Part shown: positions 47,501 through 55,432 of the stretch, in pieces
Layout of the letters: each line of letters starts with the position of its first letter
Numbering within the stretch: the first letter of the stretch is position 1
From: Myxococcota bacterium
GTDB lineage: Bacteria; Myxococcota_A; UBA796; UBA2385
Direction: 5' to 3'
Length of the DNA stretch: 64,000 nucleotides
Assembly: GCA_044344255.1 (NCBI GenBank)
Contig: JBIJDH010000005.1
Span: 64,001 to 128,000 of the forward strand
Program-made: the position numbers and the translations under genes
The notes under the pieces: model-generated
Databases searched by the model: none
What the model was told of the DNA's origin: nothing
The model's input: the letters and a program-made list of their open reading frames with translations, nothing else

Positions 47501-48823
47501 GCGACCGCGGCCTCCGTCTCCTGTGATCTGCTCCCCGGCTACGTCGCCGTGGACGGAGACTGCGACGACGCGGCGGAGGTTGTCAACCCCGGCGCCGCGG
47601 AGGTCTGCGACCTCCTCGACACCGACGAAGACTGTGATGGCCTCGCCGACGACCTCGACAGCTCGGTGGACGCCACCAGCTACAGCGCCTTCTACGCCGA
47701 CGTGGACGAGGACGGCTTCGGCGACCCCGACGCGGTGGTCTCGGCCTGTGACGAGTCGGCCGTCGCGGTGGCAGATGACAGCGACTGCGACGACGAGGAC
47801 GCCCTCGTCAACCCAGACGCCATCGAGATCGTGGGCGATGGGATTGACCAGGACTGTGACCTCGGCGAGCTCTGCTACGTGGACGCGGACGGGGACGGTT
47901 GGCGGACCGACGCTGAGGTGGCCTCCTCCACCCTCGACTGCAGCGGCGTCGGCGAGGGCCTCGCCTCCGACCCCACCGACGACTGCAACGACGCCGATCC
48001 CGCCTTCCACCCTGGCGCCACCGAGGACGACTGCAGCGATCCGAGCGACTACAACTGCGACGGCTCGGTCGGCTACGCGGACGCGGACGGCGACGGCTAC
48101 GCGGCCTGCGAGGAGTGTGATGACGGGGCGGTGGGCGTCAACCCCGACGCCACCGAGGTCTGCGACGGCGTGGACAATGACTGCGACACCGTGGCCGACG
48201 GCGCCGACGCCATGGACGCCCTCACCTGGTACGGCGACCTCGACGCCGACGGCTACACCAACCCCGACGACAGCGCGGTCGCCTGCGATGCGCCCGATGG
48301 CTACGCCGCCGCCTCCGCCGAGGCCGACTGCGACGACCTCGATGAGGGCGTGAACCCCGCCGCCCTCGAGGGCGTGGACGACGCGCTCGATCAGGACTGC
48401 GACGGGCTCGAGCTCTGCTACGTAGACGCCGACGACGACGGCTTCCGCCCCGACGAGACCAGCACGGCGGAGAGCGCGGACCTGCTCTGCGACGGCGCGG
48501 GCGAGGCCACGGCCGAGGACGCCGCGGGAGACTGCGACGACGACAACCCCGACGCCTACCCCGGCGCCGAGGAGGTCGCGGGGGACGCGGTCGATCAGGA
48601 CTGCGACGGCGCCGACCTCCCGGGCGACACGGGTCCGGAAGACACCGGCCCGACTGACGGAGACACCGGCGGCTCGGCGGACGGCGGCGACGGCGGCGAC
48701 GGCGGCTTCACCGGCGGTGGTAAGGGCTGCGGCTGCTCGGCCGGCGCGGGGGCCTCTGCGGGCTGGCTGGGCCTCCTGCTCGGCGTCGCGGCCCTCGGCG
48801 CCCGTCGCCGTCGGGTGGCCTGA
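41561..48823 (+). CDS. Giant surface protein 2 (2420 aa): N-domain, 7 FG-GAP repeats, 24 Cys/Asp repeats, MYXO-CTERM
   Basis: GGAG precedes the ATG, LAGC lipobox. Hand counts give 7 FG-GAP and 24 Cys/Asp units. The tail is GKGCGCS-TM-RRRR. Paralogous to the upstream gene. Confidence 0.92.
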   Translation: MRLSPIRRPSGVHLVASGLLSGLFGALAGCGGPAEREVEGSRSAGDTDGAAAIAVDTAAAGSARDGGWGATVSRRLEAGRRAFRAEGAGFRATHGQAGLEIHLDDQGAVLDGPEGTLTMRFLAWGRGGALVEAEPARAELGDCTEEIDVTGDCLRRVELSRGPVIEWWASREEGLQQAWELSERPAGEGELRLVVGVTGAIPSLDDGEVVWVGHDGGLWRTASLEAWDATGRPLDARFELGAGSVEGAELHVVVDDAQATWPIFIDPITSTAASTWTGGTAGDLFGVVGGGGDINGDGYDDFVVGAPGYSSNTGVAYVFYGSAAGPAATADVTLSSPSTGAYFGAAVDIAGDVNDDGYDDVIVGAPYESTAAALAGRAYVYHGTSAGLSTTVGSTLTGSATAAGYFGNAVSSSGDVNGDGFADVIVGEYGYSSSKGRAWVYAGSSAGASSTTSQVFLGTSSGDRFGWAVSGGGDTTVDGFDDIAVGAPLTGTGDAGSARVYKGASNFFTTAPSVAHSYTSFTNGYNVGTAVNIQGDYNNDGYSDLVLGAPYGPGSGFGRVYFYRSNTTAPPAVGLPTGNSATFDGPSAASAFGSRIDWVGDSNGDGRQDLVVGGPYAVSNAGYAGLYEGVASGLAGSAKSTFFSGSGSDLLGLSVAGAGDVNNDGYDDVLLGAPGASGTKGEVRLHYGGVDADGDTYLSNGSSYQVDCDDSNSAVNPAATELCDELNVDEDCDGQADDLDSAATGESAWYADDDEDGYGDAADSITACDAPAGYVATSGDCDDTTAARSPGNMEICDGADLDEDCDGLADDADPSADGAGKSDAYVDGDADSYGSGAAVAYCDLPSGYAAQDGDCDDASADVNPGATEVCDAADLDEDCDGLSDDADSSALTASKSSFHPDADGDSYGTTASALFCDLPSGYATSTTDCDDGDAAIHPGATELCDAADTDEDCDGLADNADSSASVATKSSYYLDADGDAFGAGSAVKYCDLPSGYSLVDTDCDDGAASVNPGATELCDAANTDEDCDGQADNADSSASVATKSSYYSDGDSDGYGAGSAVKFCDLPTGYAATSTDCDDGVAAVNPGATELCDGADTDEDCDGLADNADSSASTATKSSYYLDGDGDSYGGPTTAKFCDLPAGYTVTSTDCDDAVAAIHPGATEVCDVSDTDEDCDGLADDDDSSASAGTKGDFYADGDGDGYGAGSATAYCDAPTSYVSLGEDCDDGATGVNPGATELCDATNTDEDCDGLADNADSSASAATKGSYYLDGDTDGYGTGSAVKFCDLPTGYAVADTDCDDAVTAVNPGATEVCDAANTDEDCDGLADNADTSASVATKSSYYRDSDTDGYGSTTTAKFCDLPSGYSTSSTDCDDTSTAVNPGATEVCDAADTDEDCDGTADDDDSSVSAATQSTGYLDGDSDGYGGATTALFCDLPSGYLSSGTDCDDAAAAVNPGATEVCDAGDTDEDCDGLADDADSSASAATKTRYYTDSDGDSYGTSSSADFCDLPSGYAVASGDCDDGRAAVNPGATEVCDPVNRDEDCDGTADNADSSASAITKSSYYQDGDGDGYGSATTGAFCDLPSGYTAVGADCDDGDALINPAAAEVCDPANVDEDCDGLADDADSSTLASGKVTSYRDVDGDSYGSATTALSCDLATGYVSVGGDCDDGAPATHPGATEVCDASDADEDCDGLSDDSDGSVSAATKTTYYRDTDGDGYAGATTGAFCSAPSGYYASATDCKDSDDSVHPGATELVADGVDQTCDGQELCYVDADGDGYRVEDTILSASVTCGATGLALASEPGDDCDDTDAAYNPGAVEADCTDPADYNCDGSTGYADEDSDGYAACEECDDQDAAINPAAQERCDALDVDEDCDGLIDDDDSSVDASTKTSFYADGDGDGYAGSTTADFCDLPTGFGTAATDCDDGAVGVNPGAAELCDGADVDEDCDGLADDADLSVDPASWSVSYQDGDGDGYGATAASVSCDLLPGYVAVDGDCDDAAEVVNPGAAEVCDLLDTDEDCDGLADDLDSSVDATSYSAFYADVDEDGFGDPDAVVSACDESAVAVADDSDCDDEDALVNPDAIEIVGDGIDQDCDLGELCYVDADGDGWRTDAEVASSTLDCSGVGEGLASDPTDDCNDADPAFHPGATEDDCSDPSDYNCDGSVGYADADGDGYAACEECDDGAVGVNPDATEVCDGVDNDCDTVADGADAMDALTWYGDLDADGYTNPDDSAVACDAPDGYAAASAEADCDDLDEGVNPAALEGVDDALDQDCDGLELCYVDADDDGFRPDETSTAESADLLCDGAGEATAEDAAGDCDDDNPDAYPGAEEVAGDAVDQDCDGADLPGDTGPEDTGPTDGDTGGSADGGDGGDGGFTGGGKGCGCSAGAGASAGWLGLLLGVAALGARRRRVA

Positions 48824-48860
48824 CCCCCACGGGGACAACCTGAGCCCGACAGAGATGCTC

Positions 48861-48891
48861 GGATCGGCCTGTCGGCGGGACAGGCCGATCC
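48861..48891. terminator. 13-bp perfect hairpin after giant protein 2
   Basis: GGATCGGCCTGTC-GGCGG-GACAGGCCGATCC. There is no U tract, so it may be a terminator or an RNA-stabilising stem. Confidence 0.6.
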
Positions 48892-49026
48892 GCCCCTCCG
48901 ACCGGGACGGCATCGTGGTGCTGCGACAGCGGGCGGATGTCGAAGGGGGCTCCTCGGGTGTAACCGCCGGTCGTGCCCCGCCATACCGCCACTGCCACGG
49001 CGCTCTGCCCGCCGACCGAGGCCGCC

Positions 49027-49995
49027 ATGGACGACGCCACCCCCGCGACCCTCTCGACGGCCGCACCGCGGTCGGCGTGCCGTCGTGGGGCTCGGACGGC
49101 GCTCCGGGTCGCCGTGCTCGGGGTCCTGGTCGGGCTCGTCCTCCAACGGCTCGACCTCGCGGCCGTCTCGGCCGCCTGGCGCGGCGTGACCCCCGGAGGA
49201 GCTTTGGGTGTGATCGCCTGCTTCGGGGCGGCGATGACCGTCCGTGTGGGGAAGTGGGCCTGGCAGGTCCACCGGCTTGACCTCCCCTTTGACCTCCTCC
49301 CGCTGACCCGCGCCTTCCTCACCGGCATCGTGCTCGGGGCCGTGACGCCGCTTCGGGCCGGGGAGGTCTATCGACTGTCGGGGTTACGGCTCGACCCCGC
49401 CCGGCGCGCCGAGCAGGTCGCCCTGACCGGCGCGAGCCTCCTCCTCGAGAAGGTCTACGAGCTGTTGATCCTGGTCACCATCGCCTCCGCCGGCCTCGTC
49501 CGCCTCCGCCCCGGGCTCGGCCTCGGCTTGCTGAGCGGCGTCGGGGTCGCCGCCGTGATCAGCCTCAGCGGGGCGCGGCCCCCCGCAGGCTGGCTGCGGG
49601 CCCTCCCCGCCCGTCTCCGCCGCCTCACCATCGATCCGCTCCTCCAAGCCCGAGACGGCCTCGGCCTCGGCGGGCGGCTCGGCCTCGTCTCGCTCACCGC
49701 GGCGGCCCACGGCCTCAACACCCTCGGCGCGCTCGGCGTGTACCGGGCCTTTGGGCCGATGTCGGCCGACACGCTCTTCTTCCGGATGCCGCTCGTCACG
49801 CTCACCAACGCCCTGCCGCTCTCGATCGGCGGCATCGGGGTGAGAGAGCTCGCGGCCATGTACATCTTCGGGGGCGCCACCTTCCCCGCGTCGAGCGCCG
49901 CGCTCGCCGCCTCGGTGGTCTTCGTCGGCGCCAACCTGTTGCCCGCGTTGGTCCTCCCCCTCCTCGCCCTCGTCCCCGAGAGACGCTCCCCCTGA
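49027..49995 (+). CDS. UPF0104/LPG-synthase-TM family flippase-like membrane protein
   Basis: Motifs R..KW, TPLRAGEVYR, LLEKVYE and PLSIGGIGVRE. The stop overlaps the next start (TGATG). Confidence 0.85.
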   Translation: MDDATPATLSTAAPRSACRRGARTALRVAVLGVLVGLVLQRLDLAAVSAAWRGVTPGGALGVIACFGAAMTVRVGKWAWQVHRLDLPFDLLPLTRAFLTGIVLGAVTPLRAGEVYRLSGLRLDPARRAEQVALTGASLLLEKVYELLILVTIASAGLVRLRPGLGLGLLSGVGVAAVISLSGARPPAGWLRALPARLRRLTIDPLLQARDGLGLGGRLGLVSLTAAAHGLNTLGALGVYRAFGPMSADTLFFRMPLVTLTNALPLSIGGIGVRELAAMYIFGGATFPASSAALAASVVFVGANLLPALVLPLLALVPERRSP

Positions 49996-51176
49996 TGAAG
50001 ACCGCCCCCGCTCGAATTCTCGTCCTCGGGGGCGACGGCTATGTCGGCTGGCCCCTCGCGCTGAAGCTCGCGCTCAGCCACCCCCAGGCCAGGGTGTTGC
50101 TGGCGGACAACCTCTCGCGACGGCGGCTCGTCGCCGAGGTCGGTGGCGACAGCGTCACGCCGATCGCGGCGCCCGCGGAGCGCATCCGCGCCTTTCGAGA
50201 CACCTTCGAGCAGGACAACCTGAGCTTCGTGGGTGTTGATGCGGCGAGCCCCGCCCTCGACGCCCTCGTCGAGGCCGAGCAGCCCACCCACATCTTTCAC
50301 CTCGCCCAGCAGGCGAGCGCGCCCTACTCGATGATGGACCCCGAGCGGGCGGTCTACACGGCGACCAACAACGAGGTGGGCAACCTGCGGGTGCTGTGGG
50401 CCATCCGGCGCCACGTCCCGACCGCGCACCTCATCAAGCTCGGGAGCTTCGGGGAGTACGCCCGACCCGGCTTCGACGTCGCCGAGGGCTACTTCCGGCC
50501 CACCTACAAGGGGGTGGAGGCGTCGGTCGACACACCCTTTCCGCGGGCCGCAGACGACATTTATCATGTCACCAAGATCAACGATACGAATTTCATCTCG
50601 ATGGCCTGTCGGAAGTGGGGCCTCCGCGTCACCGATGTCATGCAGTCCACCCTCTTCGGCGTCTTCACGGCCGAGACGAGGCTGCACCCCGCCCTCTACA
50701 CCCGCTTCGACTACGACGCCGTGTTCGGCACCGTGCTCAATCGGTTCCTGACCCAGGCGGTGATGGGCTGCCCCTTGACCGTCTATGGCACGGGCTGGCA
50801 GCGCACGGGCCTGATGGCGCTCGAGGACGCCACGGGCTCCCTCGCCGCGCTGGTCGACCACCCACCCGCCGTGGGCGAGCACCGTGTCATCAACCACGTC
50901 ACCGAGCGCGACTTCTGCATCAACGAGCTCGCGGAGCGCGTGCAGGCGGTCGCGTCCAGCCGCGGCGCGACCATCCCCATCGAGCGCACCTTCGACCCCC
51001 GCAATGAGCAGGATCTCTGCAAGGCGACCTACACCGTCGAGGCGGGCCACGTAGATGAGCACGTCCGCCCGACCCCGCTCGATCAGGTGCTGGGCCCGGT
51101 CTTCGACATCGTCGCCCTTAACGCAGCACGCATCGATCCCCGCCGCTTCGCGCCCACGGTGCGCTGGTGCGGTTGA
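49995..51176 (+). CDS. sqdB: UDP-sulfoquinovose synthase-like SDR (SqdB/SQD1/Agl3 family, divergent)
   Basis: Motifs GGDGYVGWP, DNLSRR, SAPYSM, HLIKLG..GEY, YHxxK, WGLRVTD, RFDYDAVFGTVLNRF and PLTVYG are characteristic of SQD1/SqdB. Confidence 0.85.
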   Translation: MKTAPARILVLGGDGYVGWPLALKLALSHPQARVLLADNLSRRRLVAEVGGDSVTPIAAPAERIRAFRDTFEQDNLSFVGVDAASPALDALVEAEQPTHIFHLAQQASAPYSMMDPERAVYTATNNEVGNLRVLWAIRRHVPTAHLIKLGSFGEYARPGFDVAEGYFRPTYKGVEASVDTPFPRAADDIYHVTKINDTNFISMACRKWGLRVTDVMQSTLFGVFTAETRLHPALYTRFDYDAVFGTVLNRFLTQAVMGCPLTVYGTGWQRTGLMALEDATGSLAALVDHPPAVGEHRVINHVTERDFCINELAERVQAVASSRGATIPIERTFDPRNEQDLCKATYTVEAGHVDEHVRPTPLDQVLGPVFDIVALNAARIDPRRFAPTVRWCG

Positions 51177-51185
51177 GCGTCGCGC

Positions 51186-52349
51186 ATGAGTGACGAAGCG
51201 CGTGAGGCCGACGAGGCGCCCTGGGAGGCGCTCCGGCTCGAACACTTCTCGGGGGAGCGGCTCAACCTCAACCCGGGCACGCTGGGCACCCCCTCCGCCG
51301 ACGTGCGGCGGGCGATGACCGCCTTTCGGGAGGAGGACGGAGAGGCCTATCCGCTCGGGCGATACACACGGGGACGCGCCGCGCTCCGACGGGCTCGGGC
51401 GCTCGCCGAGTCGCTGTGGGGGGAGGCCCCTGCGATCTGCGGGAGCGCCTCTCACACCATGAACCTCATCGCCTGGTCCCTCGCGCGCTCCTGCGGGGAG
51501 CCCGTGCCCGTCCTCGCCACGACCCATGAGCACCATGGGGCGGTCGCGGTCTTCGAGCGGGACGCGGCCTTCCTCCTCACCACGCTCCCTCCGGCGCAGC
51601 TCGCCTGGGAGGAGGCGCTGCGCCAGCACCTGCGCCGGTCGCCCCCGCGGGTGGCCCTCTTCTCCCAGCGCACCTGGACCGAGGGGAGGCGCCTTCCGGT
51701 GGAGGCGTGGTGCCGGGCGCTCTCGGAGGAGGCGCCGGGCTGCCTCCGCATCGTCGACGCCGCTCAGGTGGTCGGCCTCGGACCCCCCGCGCTCCAGGAC
51801 GCCGACGTCGTGGTGGCGAGCGCCCACAAGTGGCTCTTCGGGCCGGCGGGGCTGGGCTTCGCCTGGGTCTCCGATCGAGCCCGGGTCACCCTCGGCGAGC
51901 TCTGGCGCACCGGCGAGCCCCTCGACCCGGGCGCCCGCCTCGCCGGCTGGGAGGCCGCGGGTGGTCAGGACTTCGCCCTCTACGCCGGCCTCGAGGCGGC
52001 GCTCGCCCTCTATGCCCGCATCGGCCCCGCGCGGGTCCGGGCGCGCAGCCGGGCCCTCGCCGATTGGCTCGCCGCCGCACTCGGTCCGCTCCTCCCCGAC
52101 GCCCGGGTCGAGGCGGAGGACGGCGTGGTGCGCGCGTGCTTCGCGGGCGGCGATCCCTATCCGCTCTATGTCTCGCTCAACGTCATCGGGATCCACTGCA
52201 AGTGTATCAAGTCTGAGCTGGCGGACGGCGAGCGCCTGGCTGTCCTCCGCTTCGGACTCCCCTGGTACGAGACCCGCGCTCGCCTCGGTCGCCTCCTCGA
52301 GGCGGTCCAAGCGGCCGATCCGCGGGCCCGGGAGCCGGGCCGTGAGTGA
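51186..52349 (+). CDS. Class-V PLP-dependent enzyme (C-S lyase, desulfinase or isopenicillin epimerase-like)
   Basis: Motifs LNPGTLG, THEHH, VDAAQ and SAHKWLFGPAGLG (PLP Lys). Confidence 0.88.
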   Translation: MSDEAREADEAPWEALRLEHFSGERLNLNPGTLGTPSADVRRAMTAFREEDGEAYPLGRYTRGRAALRRARALAESLWGEAPAICGSASHTMNLIAWSLARSCGEPVPVLATTHEHHGAVAVFERDAAFLLTTLPPAQLAWEEALRQHLRRSPPRVALFSQRTWTEGRRLPVEAWCRALSEEAPGCLRIVDAAQVVGLGPPALQDADVVVASAHKWLFGPAGLGFAWVSDRARVTLGELWRTGEPLDPGARLAGWEAAGGQDFALYAGLEAALALYARIGPARVRARSRALADWLAAALGPLLPDARVEAEDGVVRACFAGGDPYPLYVSLNVIGIHCKCIKSELADGERLAVLRFGLPWYETRARLGRLLEAVQAADPRAREPGRE

Positions 52350-53976
52350 CACCCCCACCGAGAGACAGGGCGCCCTCGTCCAGTTCGCGCTGATCGCAGG
52401 CCTCGTCGCGCTCAAGGTGCAGGTCAACGCGGGGATGACCAGCTTCGGCACCGACGGGAGCCTGTACCTGGAGGTGGCGAGGAACGTCCGAGACGGCCGC
52501 GGGCTCGTGAGCTTCATCTCGCTCATGAACGCAGGGGTGGAGTCATTTCCCTATCCGACGCCGCTCTATCCGATCTGGCCGCTGCTCCTCGGCGTCGTGG
52601 GCCGAGTGGTCCCCATCGAGGTGGCCGCGATCTGGCTTCCGACCCTCTTCTACTTCGGGGCGGTGGTCCAGGCCGCGCGCCTCGCCCGCACCTTGTGGCC
52701 AGGGCCCCTCTTCCCGGACGGCTGGCGGCCCCTCGACGCCGGCCACGTCGCGATCCTGCTGCTCGGCTACAACAGCCTGTTCTTCGAGTACACCTCGGTG
52801 CCCTACACGGAGGGCCTGGCCTGGTGTGGGCTGTTCTTCCTCCTGTTACGCGCGCGGGCCTTCTTTGGCCAGCCCTCCGCGTTGCGGGCGGCGGAGGTGG
52901 GCCTTTATACGGGTCTGTTGATCCTGGTGCGCTCCCAGATGTTCCTCGCCTCCCTGGCGCTCGGGGGCACCTTCGCCTGGGCGCTGCTCACCACCCGAGA
53001 GCGGGGGCGCTGGGCGGGCTACGCGGCGGCTGCAGCGGCCGGCTGGGGGCTGGCGCTCGCCCCGCAGCTCCTCTATCTCTCCACCTTCTATCACCCGCTC
53101 GGCCTCAACGCCTTGCTTCGTTTTGACGACTTCAGAGCCTCAAACCTTCTTACCCCGCTCCAGACCCTTCGGCCGGCCGGGGGCGCCTTCGCCTGGCTCC
53201 TCGATCGCGCGGAGGGCTTCGACGTCGCCTACACCGTCGGGGGTCGCTATGCCTACGTCCAGAACTTCGGGGTCCTGCACTGGGCGCCGCCCCTCGCGGT
53301 CCTGTTCGGGCTCCGCCGGTGGCGCGACCCGACCCGGGCTGCCTGGGCGCGCCTGCGAGAGCCCTCCGCCGCCTTCACGACCTACCTCGTGCTGCTGGCG
53401 CTCGGCGGCTTCGCCTCGATCCACACCCTCCACAAGGACTTCGGCGCTGAGTGGAATTTCGCCACCCGGCACGCACTGACCGTCCTCTTCCTCTTCGGAT
53501 GGGGCGTGGTCTCCCTGGCCGCGCGCGGGGGGGCTGGCCGCACGGCGGCGGTGGCCATCCTCAGCATTACCGGCTGGCTGCAGGCGATGGACTTGAAGGC
53601 CCTCTACAAGGACACCGAGGCCAGCGCGAGCTCGGGGATCCAGCGCCGCGCCGGCCTCGTCTGGTGGATCCAGCAGGCGCGGCGGGCCGATCCCGCCTTG
53701 CTCATCGTCACCGACGAGCCCCAGCGCCTGGCCGTGCTGGTCCCCGACCTCCCGGTCCACTCGGTCTGGCTCCGCAGCAGCTACGATGACCTCTGGACCC
53801 TGTTCGACTACTTCGGCGCCGACTACCTCATCATCAATGACCGCATCGAGAAGTACGACTTCGCCAACGACCCCCGGTGGACGGAGGGCTTCGAGCTCGT
53901 GGCTCCCGACATCAGCGGCGAGGCGGTTTATCGGCGGCGTGACCTCGCCTCCTCCGAGACCGAGCCCGTCCCCTGA
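52342..53976 (+). CDS. GT-C fold (ArnT/PMT-like) membrane glycosyltransferase
   Basis: GGAG precedes GTG 52342, which overlaps the upstream stop. TM1 is followed by the loop TDGSLY...A.N...G.G, then P.YP.LL, YTE and R.Q. About 10 TM helices and a C-terminal GADYLII domain. Confidence 0.75.
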   Translation: MSDTPTERQGALVQFALIAGLVALKVQVNAGMTSFGTDGSLYLEVARNVRDGRGLVSFISLMNAGVESFPYPTPLYPIWPLLLGVVGRVVPIEVAAIWLPTLFYFGAVVQAARLARTLWPGPLFPDGWRPLDAGHVAILLLGYNSLFFEYTSVPYTEGLAWCGLFFLLLRARAFFGQPSALRAAEVGLYTGLLILVRSQMFLASLALGGTFAWALLTTRERGRWAGYAAAAAAGWGLALAPQLLYLSTFYHPLGLNALLRFDDFRASNLLTPLQTLRPAGGAFAWLLDRAEGFDVAYTVGGRYAYVQNFGVLHWAPPLAVLFGLRRWRDPTRAAWARLREPSAAFTTYLVLLALGGFASIHTLHKDFGAEWNFATRHALTVLFLFGWGVVSLAARGGAGRTAAVAILSITGWLQAMDLKALYKDTEASASSGIQRRAGLVWWIQQARRADPALLIVTDEPQRLAVLVPDLPVHSVWLRSSYDDLWTLFDYFGADYLIINDRIEKYDFANDPRWTEGFELVAPDISGEAVYRRRDLASSETEPVP

Positions 53977-54010
53977 TGGATCCCCTCACCCACATCGGTT
54001 ACACGATCAG

Positions 54011-54790
54011 ATGACCTTCTCGGCCCTCCTCCTGTCGTCGAAGGTGTTGGCCAGCCCGGCCGCGGTGGGCGCCGCCTTGAAGGTCCAGGCTGCCTCGTCC
54101 AGTCACCCCGTCCCCACGCTCAGCGTCGGCGACCTACAACGCCTCGACGCCGGCGAGGTAGTCCGGCTGCGGACCCCCAGCGCGGAGGGCACAGCGATCG
54201 GCGCCCTGGGCCTGGTGATCACCGACCTGTCTCCCAAGGACCTGTGGATGGGCACCCTCGACCCGCACGGCCGCCTGCCCAGCGACATTCGGATGCACGC
54301 CCTCCCGGGTGTCGCGGACGAGCTGTACCGCTGGTACGGCTTCGTCGACCTGCCCGCGCCCCTAAAAGACCGCCACTTCCTGGTGCGCACCACCATCGAC
54401 ACACCCATGGCGGCCCGGAGCCAAGGTTCGATCTGGGAGCGGAGCTGGGGACTGGAAGTAGGCTGGCCGCAGGCGATGCGTCCCCTGATAGACCGCGGTC
54501 AGATCGCCGACATGGATGTCGAACACTTCGATGACGCGATCCCGACGCCGGTGAACCAAGGCACCTGGACGGTGCTGGATCTCCGGGACGGCCGCAGCCT
54601 ACTCGCTTACCAGGTCGCAACGGCGCTCGGGGGGGACCTCCCGGATGGTCCCCTCAACCGCTACCTCTATTGGACCCTCAACGACGTCCTGACCGGCGTG
54701 GTCAACACCGCTCGCACCATGTCACAACATTATGTGACCGGTCACGACCCGCTCATCGGCGGTGACGGAAAGGCCATCGCGACCTATTGA
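54011..54790 (+). CDS. START/SRPBCC-like ligand-binding protein, possibly exported
   Basis: YGFVDLPAPLKDRHF, NQGTW and YQV...LGGDLP resemble START-domain motifs. The N-terminus is short and hydrophobic. Confidence 0.55.
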   Translation: MTFSALLLSSKVLASPAAVGAALKVQAASSSHPVPTLSVGDLQRLDAGEVVRLRTPSAEGTAIGALGLVITDLSPKDLWMGTLDPHGRLPSDIRMHALPGVADELYRWYGFVDLPAPLKDRHFLVRTTIDTPMAARSQGSIWERSWGLEVGWPQAMRPLIDRGQIADMDVEHFDDAIPTPVNQGTWTVLDLRDGRSLLAYQVATALGGDLPDGPLNRYLYWTLNDVLTGVVNTARTMSQHYVTGHDPLIGGDGKAIATY

Positions 54791-54886
54791 GGGCACGGGA
54801 TGGGTGAGTGACGGTGCGCCAAGGCCCGGGCGCCCCACGGACTATGGTTGCCACGACCTCGCCTCCTCGGAGGCCGGAGCCGCCCC

Positions 54887-55432
54887 ATGATCGATCCCCT
54901 GCTCCGCGCCCTGGCCCCCCTGGCCCCTGCGGTCCACGACATGCAGGGTGTCGCCGCGTTGGTCCGGGCCATCTCACCGCTCGTGGGCACCCTCCGGGTG
55001 CGCGACGGCGACCTCCCCTGGGGCCGCTACCTCCTCCACCTCGCTCCGGACGCCTCCTGGAACCTCCAGCTTGACGTCTTCTCCGAGGGCTACGAGGGCG
55101 GAGTCCACGCGCACGGGACCTGGGGCGCCTTCTGGGTGCTCCGCGGGGCGCTGTGGACCGAGCAGCTCACGATGGGGCCCAACGGGGCCCGCCTGTCGGG
55201 GGCCGGCTTCGTGACCCCCGGCGGCTGTGGCGCCTTCTGCCCCCCGGAGAGCGACTGGCACCGGGTGGGTAGCCCCGCGCAGGGCGAGCAGACCGTGAGC
55301 CTGCACCTCTACGGCCGCGGCTTCGATCTCGACGTGGGCGAGGGGATCGGACCGGATGGCCTTCCCCGTCGTTATGCGCGCAGCCCCTGGGGCGCGCCGA
55401 GCCGGGTCCTGGGCGCGGTGGTGGCTCGGTGA
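54887..55432 (+). CDS. Cysteine dioxygenase-family (thiol dioxygenase) cupin
   Basis: WGRYLL (Arg-type site), HAH plus HRV (3-His iron ligands) and SLHLY (Ser-His-Tyr triad). Confidence 0.82.
   Translation: MIDPLLRALAPLAPAVHDMQGVAALVRAISPLVGTLRVRDGDLPWGRYLLHLAPDASWNLQLDVFSEGYEGGVHAHGTWGAFWVLRGALWTEQLTMGPNGARLSGAGFVTPGGCGAFCPPESDWHRVGSPAQGEQTVSLHLYGRGFDLDVGEGIGPDGLPRRYARSPWGAPSRVLGAVVAR

Noticed and set aside
36900..48620. About 222-bp periodic repeats as a non-coding array or mobile repeats
   Set aside because: They are in-frame protein repeats with synonymous divergence.
51526..52341. N-terminal extension of the 816-aa ORF
   Set aside because: It is an alternative frame of the PLP gene. 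GGAG plus GTG at 52342 gives a coupled start.
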